64,000 bases of DNA from Candidatus Poribacteria bacterium (GCA_965205015.1 OZ242029.1:2048001-2112000); one strand, 5' to 3'; numbered from the stretch's first letter, positions 19,199 to 30,147 are shown. Notes: generated by a model from the sequence alone, not told the origin. Numbers and translations are program-made.

Positions 19199-22100
19199 TT
19201 ACTCGCCACCACCGCCGCCACCACCGGCAGCACCACCACGAATTTCCAGATTATTCGCCCGCATGTAGCTTTGAATCGTCTGGATTTGGCTGATTGCGTA
19301 CGTGAGTGCTTGGTTGACCTTCGTGTCTACAGGCGGCGTTGTCTCATATTTTGCCCACAACCGGTTGAAGTAATCCAACGCATCGTTGAAATACGCGTCG
19401 TCGCTATCGGCTAACACCATGTATGCCTCACCAATCTGCACGAAACCGAGATCTGCATACTTGCTTCCCGGATATGCGTCGATGATCTTCTGATACTCAG
19501 CGATGGCGGCTTCGACGGCAGGTTTCTGCTCGTCACCCCTCGCGAGTTTCGATTCATTCAGGAGCGTCGTTGCGACCTCATACTCGTAGAAAGCGAGCGC
19601 ATTCGCAGTATCATTGAGATAGCCTTGTGCTGTCGATTTCGACTCTGCACCGATACCGGGCGTATTGACTGCTTGCTGATAGTTCTCTATCGCCATCTGA
19701 TAGAGACGAATCCGTTCCGCTTGCTCCAGCTCAGATTCGGAGCCTGCGTTGTAGTACTTGTTGCCAATGTTAATAAGGGCATCAGCGGTGTACTGACTGT
19801 TCGGATACTCAGCGGCAAGCACTTCGTTCGCCGCAAAGAGTTGATCATACCAGCGCTGTTTCGCGTCCTCATCGCCGGATTTTTCGGCGGCTTCACTGAG
19901 AAGCTGCGCACATGTCGAGATAGCATACAACGATTCAGCAGCACTCTTGTGAGTCTTATTCACAGTGCGCACCTTCTCGTATTCCTCAATCGCTTTCTCA
20001 AACTGTTGCGCGGCGTAGTAGGATTCGCCGACGTGATACTGCCAGAAAGCGGCATCGTTCGCACTCGGATAACGACGCACCATATCACGGAAGACATCGC
20101 CAGCGGCAATGAAAAAGCTTACCGCTTTTTCAGACATCTCACCGTCCATACCGACTTGCATCCGTCCGAGTTCAAAGTTCGAAGCGGCTGTGTAATTCAG
20201 TGCGGTTTCCGTATTCTTACGGAGGGTATCCGATTTCGGGAAGAGTCCCTTATCGACGTAACTCACGAACGTCGTGAGCGGTTGCAGCGCACTGAGGAGG
20301 TCTTGCGGAAGTTTCACGCCAATACCGACAGAATAATATATCTGACCGGATTGGAAGAGTGAATTCTGAACATACGGGATGACCGTCTGTTTGTCCGCCT
20401 TTTCAACCGGGGCTGCAATTGAAGCGACTTCAAAGAATGTGCTTGCGGCATCCCGACTCGCATCAATGTACGGCTTCAGGTCTGTGCCTGCCTCTGTGGA
20501 GAAGAGCGAACGCGCTTTGTCAGAATAGAGGAAACCGAGGTTGTATTGTGCAGCGGCTTTTTCTGCTACACTCGCGTTCGGATTTTCTGTTGTCCGATCA
20601 CGGGCTTCAATCGCTTCAGCGATCGCTTCATCTAAGCGTCCCAATTCAACGTAGAGCGTCGAGCGACGGATACCAGCGTCTGCTACCATTGAGGCGACAT
20701 TCGTGTTGTCCGAACCGCTATATTCTCCGATAAGGGTTTGGAAGGTTTCCAACGCCTTAGACGGCTGTTTCAACTGGTCTTGATAAATCAAGCCGATCCG
20801 ATAGTAGGATTGCGCTTTGACGAGTGCGTCTTCTACTAACTCAATGGCGTTCTGGTAACTCATCAAGGCGTCCTGATAAGTTTTCAGTTGCTCCTCTTGG
20901 GCAAATGCCATTGCGAAGTAGGAGCGTCCCTTCATGTCTGCCTCTTCGGTGTTCTCAATAATATATTGATACTCTTGCACCGATGCGGCGTGGTCGCCGA
21001 GGATTCCGTTGAGTTCAGCAAGACGGGAATGCGCTTGGAAGATAAGCGACTTGCGCGCCTCGTCCTCGGTTTGTCCTTCTAATGCTGTAACCGCTTTGAA
21101 GGCGTCTGCAGCCCCTTTATTGTCCTCGAGTCCGAGCAACGCCAAACCCGCAGTGTAGTTAGCACTGATGAGGTTGTTCGCATCTTCCGTCAGGGTGCTC
21201 ACTTTTTCCGCAGCACTTACAGCGTTCTGTAGGCTCAACTGCTTGCTGCCTGCATCCGTCGCGGATTGCGCGATCTGATAATGACAGACTGCTGCTTGAT
21301 ACTGTGCGTTCGGGGCGAGTTCACTCTTCGGGAAAGTTTGCACAAAGAAGAGATACTCCGCCAGTGCTTCATCATAGCGTTTCGCACTATAGTAAGTGTG
21401 CCCGATCTTCAGTTGCGAACGGCTGCGTGCCTCTTCCGGCGCACCTGTGTTATCGACAATGCGCTTCAGCGAAGCCACGAGCGCATCAACATCGACCTCT
21501 TCACCGCTGTTTTCAACGGCAGTGGCTTTAATCAAGTCGATATGTCCGAGCGTCTTGAGAACGAGCTCATTGTCACTGGATCCATATTTATCGCTCGCTT
21601 CGTCGGCGAGTTGCAGGATGAGGGGCCATTTTTCCGTATCGTTCTGCTTTTGTGCCGCATCGCGATAGGCGAGTGCCAAGCCGTAATAGGCTTCAACGGC
21701 GTTGGGACTATCGGCATAATCGGAAATCACGCGTTTGAACGCTGCTTCGGAGGATTCCAAGAGTGCCGGATCTTCAGAAGCGGCTTGGTAATAGCAAAGT
21801 CCGACGAGGTAGAGCGCATCGTCTGCGTATTCACCCGTCGGGTTCCCATCGACCACAGCTTGGTACTGGGTAGCTGCTTCTTCAAAGCGCTCCTCTGCCC
21901 GGAGCAGGTCAGCGAGTTTAATCTCTGCCAACGAACGGTTGTCAGCGTCGGCAAGCTTATCTAAAATGCTGTTATAGTAGTTAATCGCACCCTCTTTATC
22001 GCCTTCCTTGACATGACTATTCGCAACGAGAAGGAGTGCGCGTTCGTAGTATTCACTCGTGTCAGGAATAGATGCGTAGCGGTCGCGTGCTTGCGTCCAG

Positions 22101-23905
22101 TCACCGAGCATTTCATGCGAAAGGGCTTCGTTCATGATACACGCTTCCACCTGAGCGATACGTTCACTGAAGTCATCGTAACGTTCCTCGGCGACCCCAG
22201 GGAGGAATGCATCGTCATTGAACATGGCGACCGCTTCCTGATACGCTGAAACAGACTGCTGGAGATAATCGGCATTGAAGTTAGCGTCTGCATCGCCTTC
22301 TTGATAGCCTTCAGGTTTCGCGGCTTCGTAATAGGAACGTCCTTCAAAGAATTTACCCATCAACTTGACGAGATGGAACTTCGGTAGTGGACGGTAGTCC
22401 CACAATTTCGCATATTCTTCAGCGGCTTCAATGTACTGTTTGAATTCAGTCCGCTTGATGTCAGCGAAACGGAGTTGAACCTCAGCGGCGAGGATGTCGA
22501 ACTCGTTATCGTTTTTGTTTTTCTCAATGAACTCGCGTGCGATTGTTTCCAACTCGTCTTTGCGGCCGAGATCGTTGAGTGCCCAAATTGCGCCGTAGAG
22601 CGCGTGGGGAGCAACCGGATCTTGCGGATAGTTGTCAACCGTTTTTTGATACCATTGCAGGGCGAGCTCAAGCGTTGCCATTCCGGTATCGGATTCCCCA
22701 GCCTTTATTTGATTGCTGCCGAGTTTGTAGTAGGCTTCACCAATCTGGTAGGAGCAATAGGGAACGAAATCGGTCGCTTCTTCATGTTCGTTGATAACAC
22801 GTTGATATGCTGCTGTTGCTTCGCTCCAATTCGCTAAGCGGAAATGGCTATCGGCAATACCGAGTTTTGCTTCGGCGATGAAGTCGCTCTCCGGGTATCC
22901 TTCAAGGAGTGTGTTATAGGCAACAATGGCGTTTTCATAGTCCCCTTGATCGAAGTAGGTACGTCCGATGGCAGACTGAATTTCTGCTTGGAGTGTGCGG
23001 TCGGCAGTGTTTTGGAGCGCTAACTCGTAGTTGACGCGTGCGTTGTCATAATCCTTCTGCCGGGCGTAAATCGCACCTTGGTCGAAGTATGCCGCCGTGA
23101 CGTATTGGCTTTCCGGGAACTGCGTGATGAAGTTGGTATACCGACCGATCGACTCATCATCCCGACCGAGTTGGTTCAAACTATAAGCCGCTTTATACAT
23201 CGCCTCGGCTTGCAGATCCGGGTAGTTCTTGAATTCCTCTGTCGCGATTTTATCGAACTCCTGATACGCTTGTTCATAGTTGGATTCGTTGAGGAACGAC
23301 TGCGCAATCAGGTGCTGTGCGTCATCTTTAAAATCGGAATTTGGGAAACCATCAAGAACCGCTTTGAACGCCTGTCGGGAGTCCTCGTAGTTCTGCAGTT
23401 TATAGTTCAGCTGCCCGATAGCATACCAAGCGTTTTCGACGAAAAGGCTGTTCGGGAAGTTCTCAATGAGCTGCGTGAACTTCGGCTCCGCCAATTCAAA
23501 CTGCTCCGTCCGATAGAGGATATGTCCCCAGAGGTAGGTTAACCCCTCTTGGTGTTTGGGGATCGTTGCCGTTGGCGCAACCTTTTCGATGTACTCAATC
23601 GCAGTGTCGTAGTGATTTACATCGCCTGACTGTTCAGCGAGACGTGAGTAGCTCACTGCAATCTTATAATTGGCGAGGGTGGGGAAATCCTTGTCAATAA
23701 CCTCGGTTTTCACACCCCGCTTTGTTGATTCTTCGAGTGCCTCTGTATACTTTGCAATTGCGCCTTCATAATCCGCCTGTCCGTACAAATCTTCAGCGGA
23801 TTGGAAGAGTTGCTCCACCTTTTTGGAGCTACCCATCATAAAAGGTGAAAGGAGCGCAACTATTAAAGCGAGACCACCGATAATGCCCAAAATCCTTGGG
23901 TTCAT
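19199..23905 (-). CDS. Giant tetratricopeptide-repeat protein (1568 aa) with an N-terminal membrane anchor
   Basis: Many A.Y..G..Y....Y..A...Y..L...YP.S repeats; hydrophobic N-terminus; Gly-rich tail. Confidence 0.85.
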   Translation of the reverse strand: MNPRILGIIGGLALIVALLSPFMMGSSKKVEQLFQSAEDLYGQADYEGAIAKYTEALEESTKRGVKTEVIDKDFPTLANYKIAVSYSRLAEQSGDVNHYDTAIEYIEKVAPTATIPKHQEGLTYLWGHILYRTEQFELAEPKFTQLIENFPNSLFVENAWYAIGQLNYKLQNYEDSRQAFKAVLDGFPNSDFKDDAQHLIAQSFLNESNYEQAYQEFDKIATEEFKNYPDLQAEAMYKAAYSLNQLGRDDESIGRYTNFITQFPESQYVTAAYFDQGAIYARQKDYDNARVNYELALQNTADRTLQAEIQSAIGRTYFDQGDYENAIVAYNTLLEGYPESDFIAEAKLGIADSHFRLANWSEATAAYQRVINEHEEATDFVPYCSYQIGEAYYKLGSNQIKAGESDTGMATLELALQWYQKTVDNYPQDPVAPHALYGAIWALNDLGRKDELETIAREFIEKNKNDNEFDILAAEVQLRFADIKRTEFKQYIEAAEEYAKLWDYRPLPKFHLVKLMGKFFEGRSYYEAAKPEGYQEGDADANFNADYLQQSVSAYQEAVAMFNDDAFLPGVAEERYDDFSERIAQVEACIMNEALSHEMLGDWTQARDRYASIPDTSEYYERALLLVANSHVKEGDKEGAINYYNSILDKLADADNRSLAEIKLADLLRAEERFEEAATQYQAVVDGNPTGEYADDALYLVGLCYYQAASEDPALLESSEAAFKRVISDYADSPNAVEAYYGLALAYRDAAQKQNDTEKWPLILQLADEASDKYGSSDNELVLKTLGHIDLIKATAVENSGEEVDVDALVASLKRIVDNTGAPEEARSRSQLKIGHTYYSAKRYDEALAEYLFFVQTFPKSELAPNAQYQAAVCHYQIAQSATDAGSKQLSLQNAVSAAEKVSTLTEDANNLISANYTAGLALLGLEDNKGAADAFKAVTALEGQTEDEARKSLIFQAHSRLAELNGILGDHAASVQEYQYIIENTEEADMKGRSYFAMAFAQEEQLKTYQDALMSYQNAIELVEDALVKAQSYYRIGLIYQDQLKQPSKALETFQTLIGEYSGSDNTNVASMVADAGIRRSTLYVELGRLDEAIAEAIEARDRTTENPNASVAEKAAAQYNLGFLYSDKARSLFSTEAGTDLKPYIDASRDAASTFFEVASIAAPVEKADKQTVIPYVQNSLFQSGQIYYSVGIGVKLPQDLLSALQPLTTFVSYVDKGLFPKSDTLRKNTETALNYTAASNFELGRMQVGMDGEMSEKAVSFFIAAGDVFRDMVRRYPSANDAAFWQYHVGESYYAAQQFEKAIEEYEKVRTVNKTHKSAAESLYAISTCAQLLSEAAEKSGDEDAKQRWYDQLFAANEVLAAEYPNSQYTADALINIGNKYYNAGSESELEQAERIRLYQMAIENYQQAVNTPGIGAESKSTAQGYLNDTANALAFYEYEVATTLLNESKLARGDEQKPAVEAAIAEYQKIIDAYPGSKYADLGFVQIGEAYMVLADSDDAYFNDALDYFNRLWAKYETTPPVDTKVNQALTYAISQIQTIQSYMRANNLEIRGGAAGGGGGGGE

Positions 23906-24056
23906 TCGTATTCTCCTTGTTTACGTCGTGCACGCTCAAAACGCGCCCACGAGGTTGAAAATTATAGTAACGTTCATAATCACAATTTAACTTCAATGCA
24001 ATCCCACTCGTTTAGCTGCCGTTGGGATTCGAAGGGGAAGGTCCGTAAGAAAACAC

Positions 24057-25142
24057 CTACAACTCTCTGGAATCGTAGACTTCTGAAATAGATAATGTTT
24101 CCAACGGTACATCCAACAATTTTTTCTCTGAAAAGTCTTTAAATCCGCTCCACTTCCGCTCATACTGTTGGAGTGCGTGCCGTCCATCCATACCCTGCAA
24201 CAAGAGCAATGCATATCTGCTTTCGGTTAATACATCGCGACCCGTGAGACGTTCCCAGAACGCACCCTGTGCCGGAATTTCGGCATAAGCGAGCAATTCC
24301 GAGTCAATGTCTAACGCCGCACTTGGGACTGTATCAGAATCCCCCTCTTGAAGTGTGGTGAAGATATATCCCTCTGTCATCGGTTCATCAGTGAATAGCC
24401 AAACATCGGAACTTGAATCAATAGCGGGAGGCTCCGTCGGACGCCTGTACGGGCTGGGGGATTTCGTCTGTGAATAGATGAAATCCATTCCTTGTATTAC
24501 ATTCCCAGCCCCTACCGATCGATGAATGCCCGTCGGTTGAGTCCCAGCGGCATCTTGTCTGATAGCAAGGGCTGCAGTAGGTTGGACCGAGGTCGGTGAG
24601 TCGGCAGAGAAGAACCGAATTTTCGCTGCTCCATACAGACGACCCAGCATGGAACCACCGTCATCGTGTGTTGAGACTTGGTTTAGCAGAAGCGACGCAA
24701 CAACTAACATCGTCAGCGTTAGACCGGAAATATAATACGGAAAAGCGTGTTGTCTTATGGAGAGAAACCCACCCAAACGGGAATGATCAATACCGCGATG
24801 GAGCTGGGTGAACAGCTGCCATCCAAGACGCATAGCGACTGCAAAGAGCCGTTGATGGAGGGCAGTTGGCGCACTCTGTTCAATACGGTGTTGGAGTTGC
24901 GTTGTAAACCGAGCGTAATAGGCATCCGATGCTTCCGGTTCAACGTAAAAATTTTCGAGGAGGTGGTTCGTTTTCTTTAGGTCTACCAGTTCTCGTTTGC
25001 ACGCTTCGCAGGAGCGGAGATGCACTGCGACGACACTACGCTGCCGTTCGGAAAGCGTCCCATCTATATAGTCAGATAAAAGGCGTTCTATTTTGTCACA
25101 CTTCGATCTCATGGATATTCCCCTCGAGAGTGTGTATTCCAC
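24057..25142 (-). CDS. zf-HC2 anti-sigma factor, membrane-anchored
   Basis: C.KIERLLSDYIDG.L......V..HL.SC..C motif; one TM segment; downstream of an ECF sigma gene. Start may be 25112. Confidence 0.8.
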   Translation of the reverse strand: MEYTLSRGISMRSKCDKIERLLSDYIDGTLSERQRSVVAVHLRSCEACKRELVDLKKTNHLLENFYVEPEASDAYYARFTTQLQHRIEQSAPTALHQRLFAVAMRLGWQLFTQLHRGIDHSRLGGFLSIRQHAFPYYISGLTLTMLVVASLLLNQVSTHDDGGSMLGRLYGAAKIRFFSADSPTSVQPTAALAIRQDAAGTQPTGIHRSVGAGNVIQGMDFIYSQTKSPSPYRRPTEPPAIDSSSDVWLFTDEPMTEGYIFTTLQEGDSDTVPSAALDIDSELLAYAEIPAQGAFWERLTGRDVLTESRYALLLLQGMDGRHALQQYERKWSGFKDFSEKKLLDVPLETLSISEVYDSREL

Positions 25143-25205
25143 ACGTCTATAAACCCACGAAACTCAACTAATTTCGGTTACCGAAATTTTCCTTTGAATC
25201 GAAAC

Positions 25206-25790
25206 CTAAACGTTGCTTGCATCTACATACGGTTTGAGCAAAGTTCGGAGCTTTTTACGCGCATAGTGCAAGCGGGAACGGACTGTGCCTTCGGAGCAGT
25301 TGAGAATTGAAGCGATCTCCGCGTGCGTTAACCCTTCAAATTCATGAAGAATAACAACTGTCCGATGTTTCAGTGAGAGGCTATTGACTGCTTTTGTGAC
25401 ATGGTGTCGCAGTTCAGCTTTTTCAGCATGGGCATGTGGGTCATTGGCGACTTGCGCACGGTATCGCGTGACCGCCTCATACTCTGATTCCGATGCCGTT
25501 TCAAGTGTAGTCACTCGCTGACGCTCTCTACGTTTGACAAAGTTCAGGGCTTCATTGACCGCTATTCGGTAGAGCCACGTCTCAAAAGCCGCATCCTTCC
25601 GAAACGTCCGAATTGAGCGATATACCTTAATAAAGGTCTCTTGCATGACATCGTCGGCATCCGCGTGGTTCTTGGTGATCTGCATCGCCAGACGGTAGAC
25701 CATCCGCTTATATTTTTCCACCAACGGTGCCAATGCTGTCTCGTCGCCTTCACAAAGATCGGCAATGAGCAAGGCTTCAGTTCTTTCCAC
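25206..25790 (-). CDS. ECF sigma-70 factor
   Basis: ADDVMQETF, FETWLYRIAVN, EIASILNCSEGTVRSRL; GAAGGAG RBS before GTG. Confidence 0.92.
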   Translation of the reverse strand: MERTEALLIADLCEGDETALAPLVEKYKRMVYRLAMQITKNHADADDVMQETFIKVYRSIRTFRKDAAFETWLYRIAVNEALNFVKRRERQRVTTLETASESEYEAVTRYRAQVANDPHAHAEKAELRHHVTKAVNSLSLKHRTVVILHEFEGLTHAEIASILNCSEGTVRSRLHYARKKLRTLLKPYVDASNV

Positions 25791-25936
25791 CGAACTTTCT
25801 CCTTCAGGTTTCTAACGGATTAATGGGTTAGACAACGCCTTTTTGAAAACCGTTCAAAAAAATAAGACACTTTATACGCTATTATAGCACTATTCCGAAA
25901 ATTGTGTAAAGAAAAAATATTTAGCAGTCAGCCATT

Positions 25937-25975
25937 AAAAAAAGGGCAACGTATTAAAAATACGCCGCCCTCTTT
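25937..25975 (-). terminator. Intrinsic terminator after the lipoprotein gene
   Basis: A7 then GGGC..CGTATT/AATACG..GCCC stem. Confidence 0.55.
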
Positions 25976-25993
25976 GTTGAAATAGCCTCAAAT

Positions 25994-26644
25994 TTACTCT
26001 TTACCCTTGGTTACAAAGGTTACACTGACATCCGTAGAGTTGCCAGCAGCGTCTGAGACTTTACCTGCGACAACATAGGTTGTCTCGTTGCCAATCTCTT
26101 TGCCTTTGACGACTTCAAGCGTCGCTTTGTTGCCTTCGACTTTGCCGAGCCAACCGACATCATCGCCGCCTTCGGTCTGCAGCGCGATGTTACCAGAGAC
26201 ATCTTCACTGAACTCGATCTCGATCTTCCCATCGGTATTGATGGCTTCGGGATCAACATCCTTGTCCCCGTCTTTGACGGTGCCACCAGTGACTGTGGGC
26301 GCATCGATATCCGGTGCGGTGACCGTATAGTTCAGTGCCTGGGTTCCATCAGCCCACGTGACCGTCAATGCGAGCGGACCCGGGGTGAAAGGACCCGTAA
26401 TAGTCGCTGTCTTACCTGCGACTGTGACAGTACCAGCACTTACCGTGACATCGGCGGGTGCGTTGTCAAAGGTAACCGTAATGCTTCCATTCGCGGCAAT
26501 CTCACCACCCGGCGGGGTTGCACTTACGAAATTAGCTGGTGCAGCTGTGTCGTCTGTTTCTTCACCGCCACCACAGCCGACTATCAGCGAAACGGCGAAC
26601 ATGCCTGCCAGCAATAAAGCGAAAGTTCTAAACAATTTTGTCAT
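25994..26644 (-). CDS. Lipoprotein with two Ig-like (Big_5-like) domains
   Basis: LIVGC lipobox; beta-rich ITVTFD / IEIEFSE / VSDAAGN pattern; AAGGAG RBS. Confidence 0.75.
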   Translation of the reverse strand: MTKLFRTFALLLAGMFAVSLIVGCGGGEETDDTAAPANFVSATPPGGEIAANGSITVTFDNAPADVTVSAGTVTVAGKTATITGPFTPGPLALTVTWADGTQALNYTVTAPDIDAPTVTGGTVKDGDKDVDPEAINTDGKIEIEFSEDVSGNIALQTEGGDDVGWLGKVEGNKATLEVVKGKEIGNETTYVVAGKVSDAAGNSTDVSVTFVTKGKE

Positions 26645-27046
26645 TAGAGTTAACTCCTTAAATTGTAAAGTTTATCAAAATACACCCTTCGGATAGGGTG
26701 TTCTAACAACTTTCGGTCCTTTCCCAGAGACGCTTGCAAAAGCGCTCGGGAAAGTCGGTTTCGGGTACGTTGCTGCTTGTACAATTCAGCAACGCCTTGA
26801 AACCTATGATCATATTCTCGTTAAGTCAAGTAAAACGTAAGGCTATTTCGTTTGTTGTTCTCTCCGCAGTGCGTAAAGAACAAACCGACACGTTGAGAAC
26901 AGAATTCCACGGGGGCAGTTTACAGAGGAAAACACCATTGGATTGTTGTACCCCTCGCCCGAAAGTCAATATCTATCTAAACGAGTACCTTAAAGTTTAG
27001 CAAAAATTGCAAACTTTGTAAAGGTAAAATTACGGATTTTCCCAAA

Positions 27047-27075
27047 ATTATATGAAAATTAGTCTCTTTTGTCAA
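27047..27075 (-). promoter_or_regulatory. Consensus sigma70 promoter toward the lipoprotein gene (one of several stacked)
   Basis: Minus strand TTGACA-17 bp-TATAAT. Confidence 0.6.
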
Positions 27076-27330
27076 GAGAAAACTTCATTTTTTTGTAAAT
27101 TTACCATAAATTTTAACGGTGTCAAGAAAAAATTGGTACATGTACTCGTAAAATCAAGTTTAAGGACATTATATAGTATATCACATATTGAAAAGAAAAG
27201 CAATTTTTTTTACTGGCTATCGGCTTTCAGCGAAGAAGGTTTTCGTTTAACGATACCCTCTTAACTGACTGCTGAAAGGGTTTTCGTAGCAAACCCTCTT
27301 TGTCGACAGCCGACGGCTGATTGCCGACTG

Positions 27331-28293
27331 CTATTCTTCAAACAATCCCATCTGTTCACTCGCGACTCCACTCGCATACCTTTCAAGTCGTTCTGGATGT
27401 GTTAGCACATCAATCACTTTGTCAACCTCGGTCGGTGTGAAAGGAAACGCCCCTGTCCCTATCAACTCTTGTGGTCCTTCACGTTGCGCGTGCGCTGTAT
27501 CCCAGCGACATGCGAGTACTGATCTGTCCTGACGCTGCGCATACCGTGCTGTATGCATCGCACCGCCGGTCTTTCGCGCCTCAATTACAATGGTTGCTAT
27601 GGAAAGCCCGCTGATAATACGGTTTCTCTGCACAAGGTTGCCGGGTGACGGGGCTGTCGGGAAGGGATGCTCTGAAAACAGGCAGCCATGCTCATAAATC
27701 TTCATGGCAAGTGGGTTGTTCCGTCCGGGATAGATAGAAGACAGGTCCGTTCCGACAACGCCAACCGTCTTGCCCATCCCCGCGAGCGCCCCCGAGTGTG
27801 CATACGTATCAATACCAGTTGCTAACCCACTGACAACCGTAAATCCGGCGAGCACGAGTTGCGTCGCCAGCGAAAGGGTGAGTTCAATCCCCGCTATGCT
27901 CGGCTGCTGACTCCCCACAATCGAGACACACCGATCACCGATGTCCGTGAGTGTGCCGACGCTACAGAGAATTCCGGGGGCATCGGGTAGATTTTTGAGT
28001 TGTGCCGGATAGTCTGAATCTTCAAGGCACATTACCCTGACCTCCTGATCTTCGAGGGCATCGAGTCTCTCACGAAAGGTCGGAAAGTTACCGGATACTG
28101 TGAGGATACGAGATGCGAGAACGGGGTTGAAGGAGGGTAACCGCGCAATTTCGGGGAGTTCCGCTTCAAAAATTGCCTCGGCGCTACCGAAACGCGCGAT
28201 CAACCGTCGAATCCGCACGCTACCGAGTCCCTCAACAGATGCAAGTGCCAGCCAGTATTCAAGGGGGGTGTTCCTTTTTTCCGAATGTGTCAT
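27331..28293 (-). CDS. dprA: DNA-processing protein DprA
   Basis: YP.QL...PD.P, IVGS, VVSGLATGID..AH, QRNRIISGLS, VIEA...GG; start reassigned to MTHSEK. Confidence 0.9.
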   Translation of the reverse strand: MTHSEKRNTPLEYWLALASVEGLGSVRIRRLIARFGSAEAIFEAELPEIARLPSFNPVLASRILTVSGNFPTFRERLDALEDQEVRVMCLEDSDYPAQLKNLPDAPGILCSVGTLTDIGDRCVSIVGSQQPSIAGIELTLSLATQLVLAGFTVVSGLATGIDTYAHSGALAGMGKTVGVVGTDLSSIYPGRNNPLAMKIYEHGCLFSEHPFPTAPSPGNLVQRNRIISGLSIATIVIEARKTGGAMHTARYAQRQDRSVLACRWDTAHAQREGPQELIGTGAFPFTPTEVDKVIDVLTHPERLERYASGVASEQMGLFEE

Positions 28294-28610
28294 ATCTATT
28301 TGCACTTCCAGAGCCTGTTTTGTTGATACCTTAATATATAATGCATAACGCAAGTTGCCGCTTACAAAGTTTGGACGCTTCAATAAGGGGCGGTTGGAGT
28401 TCGCTCACGCCGTAGGAGTGCTATATCTATGAAAACCTACGTTTAAATAAAGTATAACACACTATCAAGATAGATGTCAAATTTACGTCTTAACACGCCC
28501 TCCACTACGGACACCTGCCCTTAGCATCCTTCGGGAAAAACAAATTGACACGCCTTCTTGATTAAAGGTATACTTTAAGGGCAGACAATTGAACGCTGTA
28601 GGAGAGAAAA

Positions 28611-29393
28611 ATGCAAAATACCCCCGTACGCCTGCTTTCAACAAATGGGATCAGTCGGCATTATGGTGGGGTCATCGCCTTGTCCGAAGTGACAATGGCG
28701 GTACACCCCGGGCAAATCTTCAGCTTGATTGGACCGAACGGGGCAGGAAAAACGACGCTCTTTAACTGTGTTACGGGTTTGGATAGACCAACATTTGGCA
28801 CCGTTGAGTTCTTGGGCGAATCTATTACAGGTCTTCGTCCAGACCAAGTTACGAAACTCGGTATCGGTAGGACCTTTCAGAACATACGACTCTTCGCAGA
28901 ACTCACAGTTCTTGATAACGTTAAGATCGGGAGGCATCCCCGCACAGCCAGCACATTTGTCGGTGCAGTCTTCCGCACGAATCGGCAGAAAAGTGAGGAA
29001 GAGGAGATCGCCGCCCGCGCACAGGATATGCTTGAATTTGTCGGGTTAGACAACATCAGCGACCAGACGGCAGGAAACCTCTCCTACGGGGACCAACGAC
29101 GCGTCGAAATTGCCAGAGCTTTGGCGACTGAACCGAAACTCCTGCTCCTTGATGAACCTGCCGCTGGAATGAACCCTCAAGAGACACAGGAGCTTATCGA
29201 CCTTATCTACGCCATACGAGAGCAAGGTGTCACCGTGCTGCTCATCGAACACGATGTAAAACTGGTGATGCAAATCTCCGATTGGGTCACAGTGTTAGAC
29301 CACGGCGAAAAAATCAGCGAAGGCGTACCCTCGGACGTGCAGAACGACGAACGCGTCATTGAGGCATACTTAGGAACTTCTGACGATGCTTGA
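28611..29393 (+). CDS. livG: Branched-chain amino acid ABC transporter ATPase (LivG-like)
   Basis: GPNGAGKTT, RTFQNIRLF, LSYGDQRRVEIARAL, VIEAYLG. Confidence 0.9.
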   Translation: MQNTPVRLLSTNGISRHYGGVIALSEVTMAVHPGQIFSLIGPNGAGKTTLFNCVTGLDRPTFGTVEFLGESITGLRPDQVTKLGIGRTFQNIRLFAELTVLDNVKIGRHPRTASTFVGAVFRTNRQKSEEEEIAARAQDMLEFVGLDNISDQTAGNLSYGDQRRVEIARALATEPKLLLLDEPAAGMNPQETQELIDLIYAIREQGVTVLLIEHDVKLVMQISDWVTVLDHGEKISEGVPSDVQNDERVIEAYLGTSDDA

Positions 29394-30090
29394 ACTTCGG
29401 AACATTCATACCTATTACGGGAACATACGCGCCGTTCGCGGCATTTCCATCACTGTCAACGCGGACGAGATGGTCTGCCTCATTGGTGCCAACGGTGCCG
29501 GAAAATCGACAACGCTCATGACAACCTCGGGAATACATACCCCTGTTGAAGGCAGTATACACTTTGATGGCAATGACATCACAACAACATCGGCAGAAGA
29601 ACGCGTCAGCCTCGGCATCTCACAGGTCCCGGAGGGACGACTCATCTTTCCGGATATGAGCGTCCGTGAAAACCTCGAACTCGGTGCCTATTCGAGGACC
29701 GACAAAAGCGGCATCAGAGACGATTTAGACAGAATCTTTCAGTTTTTCCCCGTCCTACACAACCGGCAGAAACAGCGTGGCGGCAGTCTCAGCGGTGGCG
29801 AGCAACAGATGCTCGCAATCGGACGCGCCCTGATGTCCAAGCCGAAACTTCTCTTGTTGGACGAACCCTCCTTAGGACTCGCGCCGCTGATCGTCAAACA
29901 GATTTTCGAGATCGTCCAGCAGATTAACGCTGACGGCACAACCATCCTCCTCGTCGAGCAGAACGCACAAATCGCACTGCAAGTGACCAATAGAGGCTAC
30001 GTCATGGAGACGGGTGAAATTACAATTGAAGGCACCTCTGCCGACCTGTTAGCCGACGAGCGCGTGCGACAAGCGTACCTCGGAGAATGA
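29386..30090 (+). CDS. livF: Branched-chain amino acid ABC transporter ATPase (LivF-like)
   Basis: GANGAGKST, VPEGRLIF, LSGGEQQMLAIGRAL, DEPSLGLAP. Confidence 0.9.
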   Translation: MLELRNIHTYYGNIRAVRGISITVNADEMVCLIGANGAGKSTTLMTTSGIHTPVEGSIHFDGNDITTTSAEERVSLGISQVPEGRLIFPDMSVRENLELGAYSRTDKSGIRDDLDRIFQFFPVLHNRQKQRGGSLSGGEQQMLAIGRALMSKPKLLLLDEPSLGLAPLIVKQIFEIVQQINADGTTILLVEQNAQIALQVTNRGYVMETGEITIEGTSADLLADERVRQAYLGE

Positions 30091-30147
30091 AAATATGTTT
30101 GACACCCACGCGCGAATATGGTTTACTATACGCCAAGGAGATGCCCC

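Noticed and set aside
19625-23542. Several long plus-strand ORFs (e.g. 245 aa, 232 aa)
   Set aside because: Antisense shadows of the TPR gene caused by codon bias.
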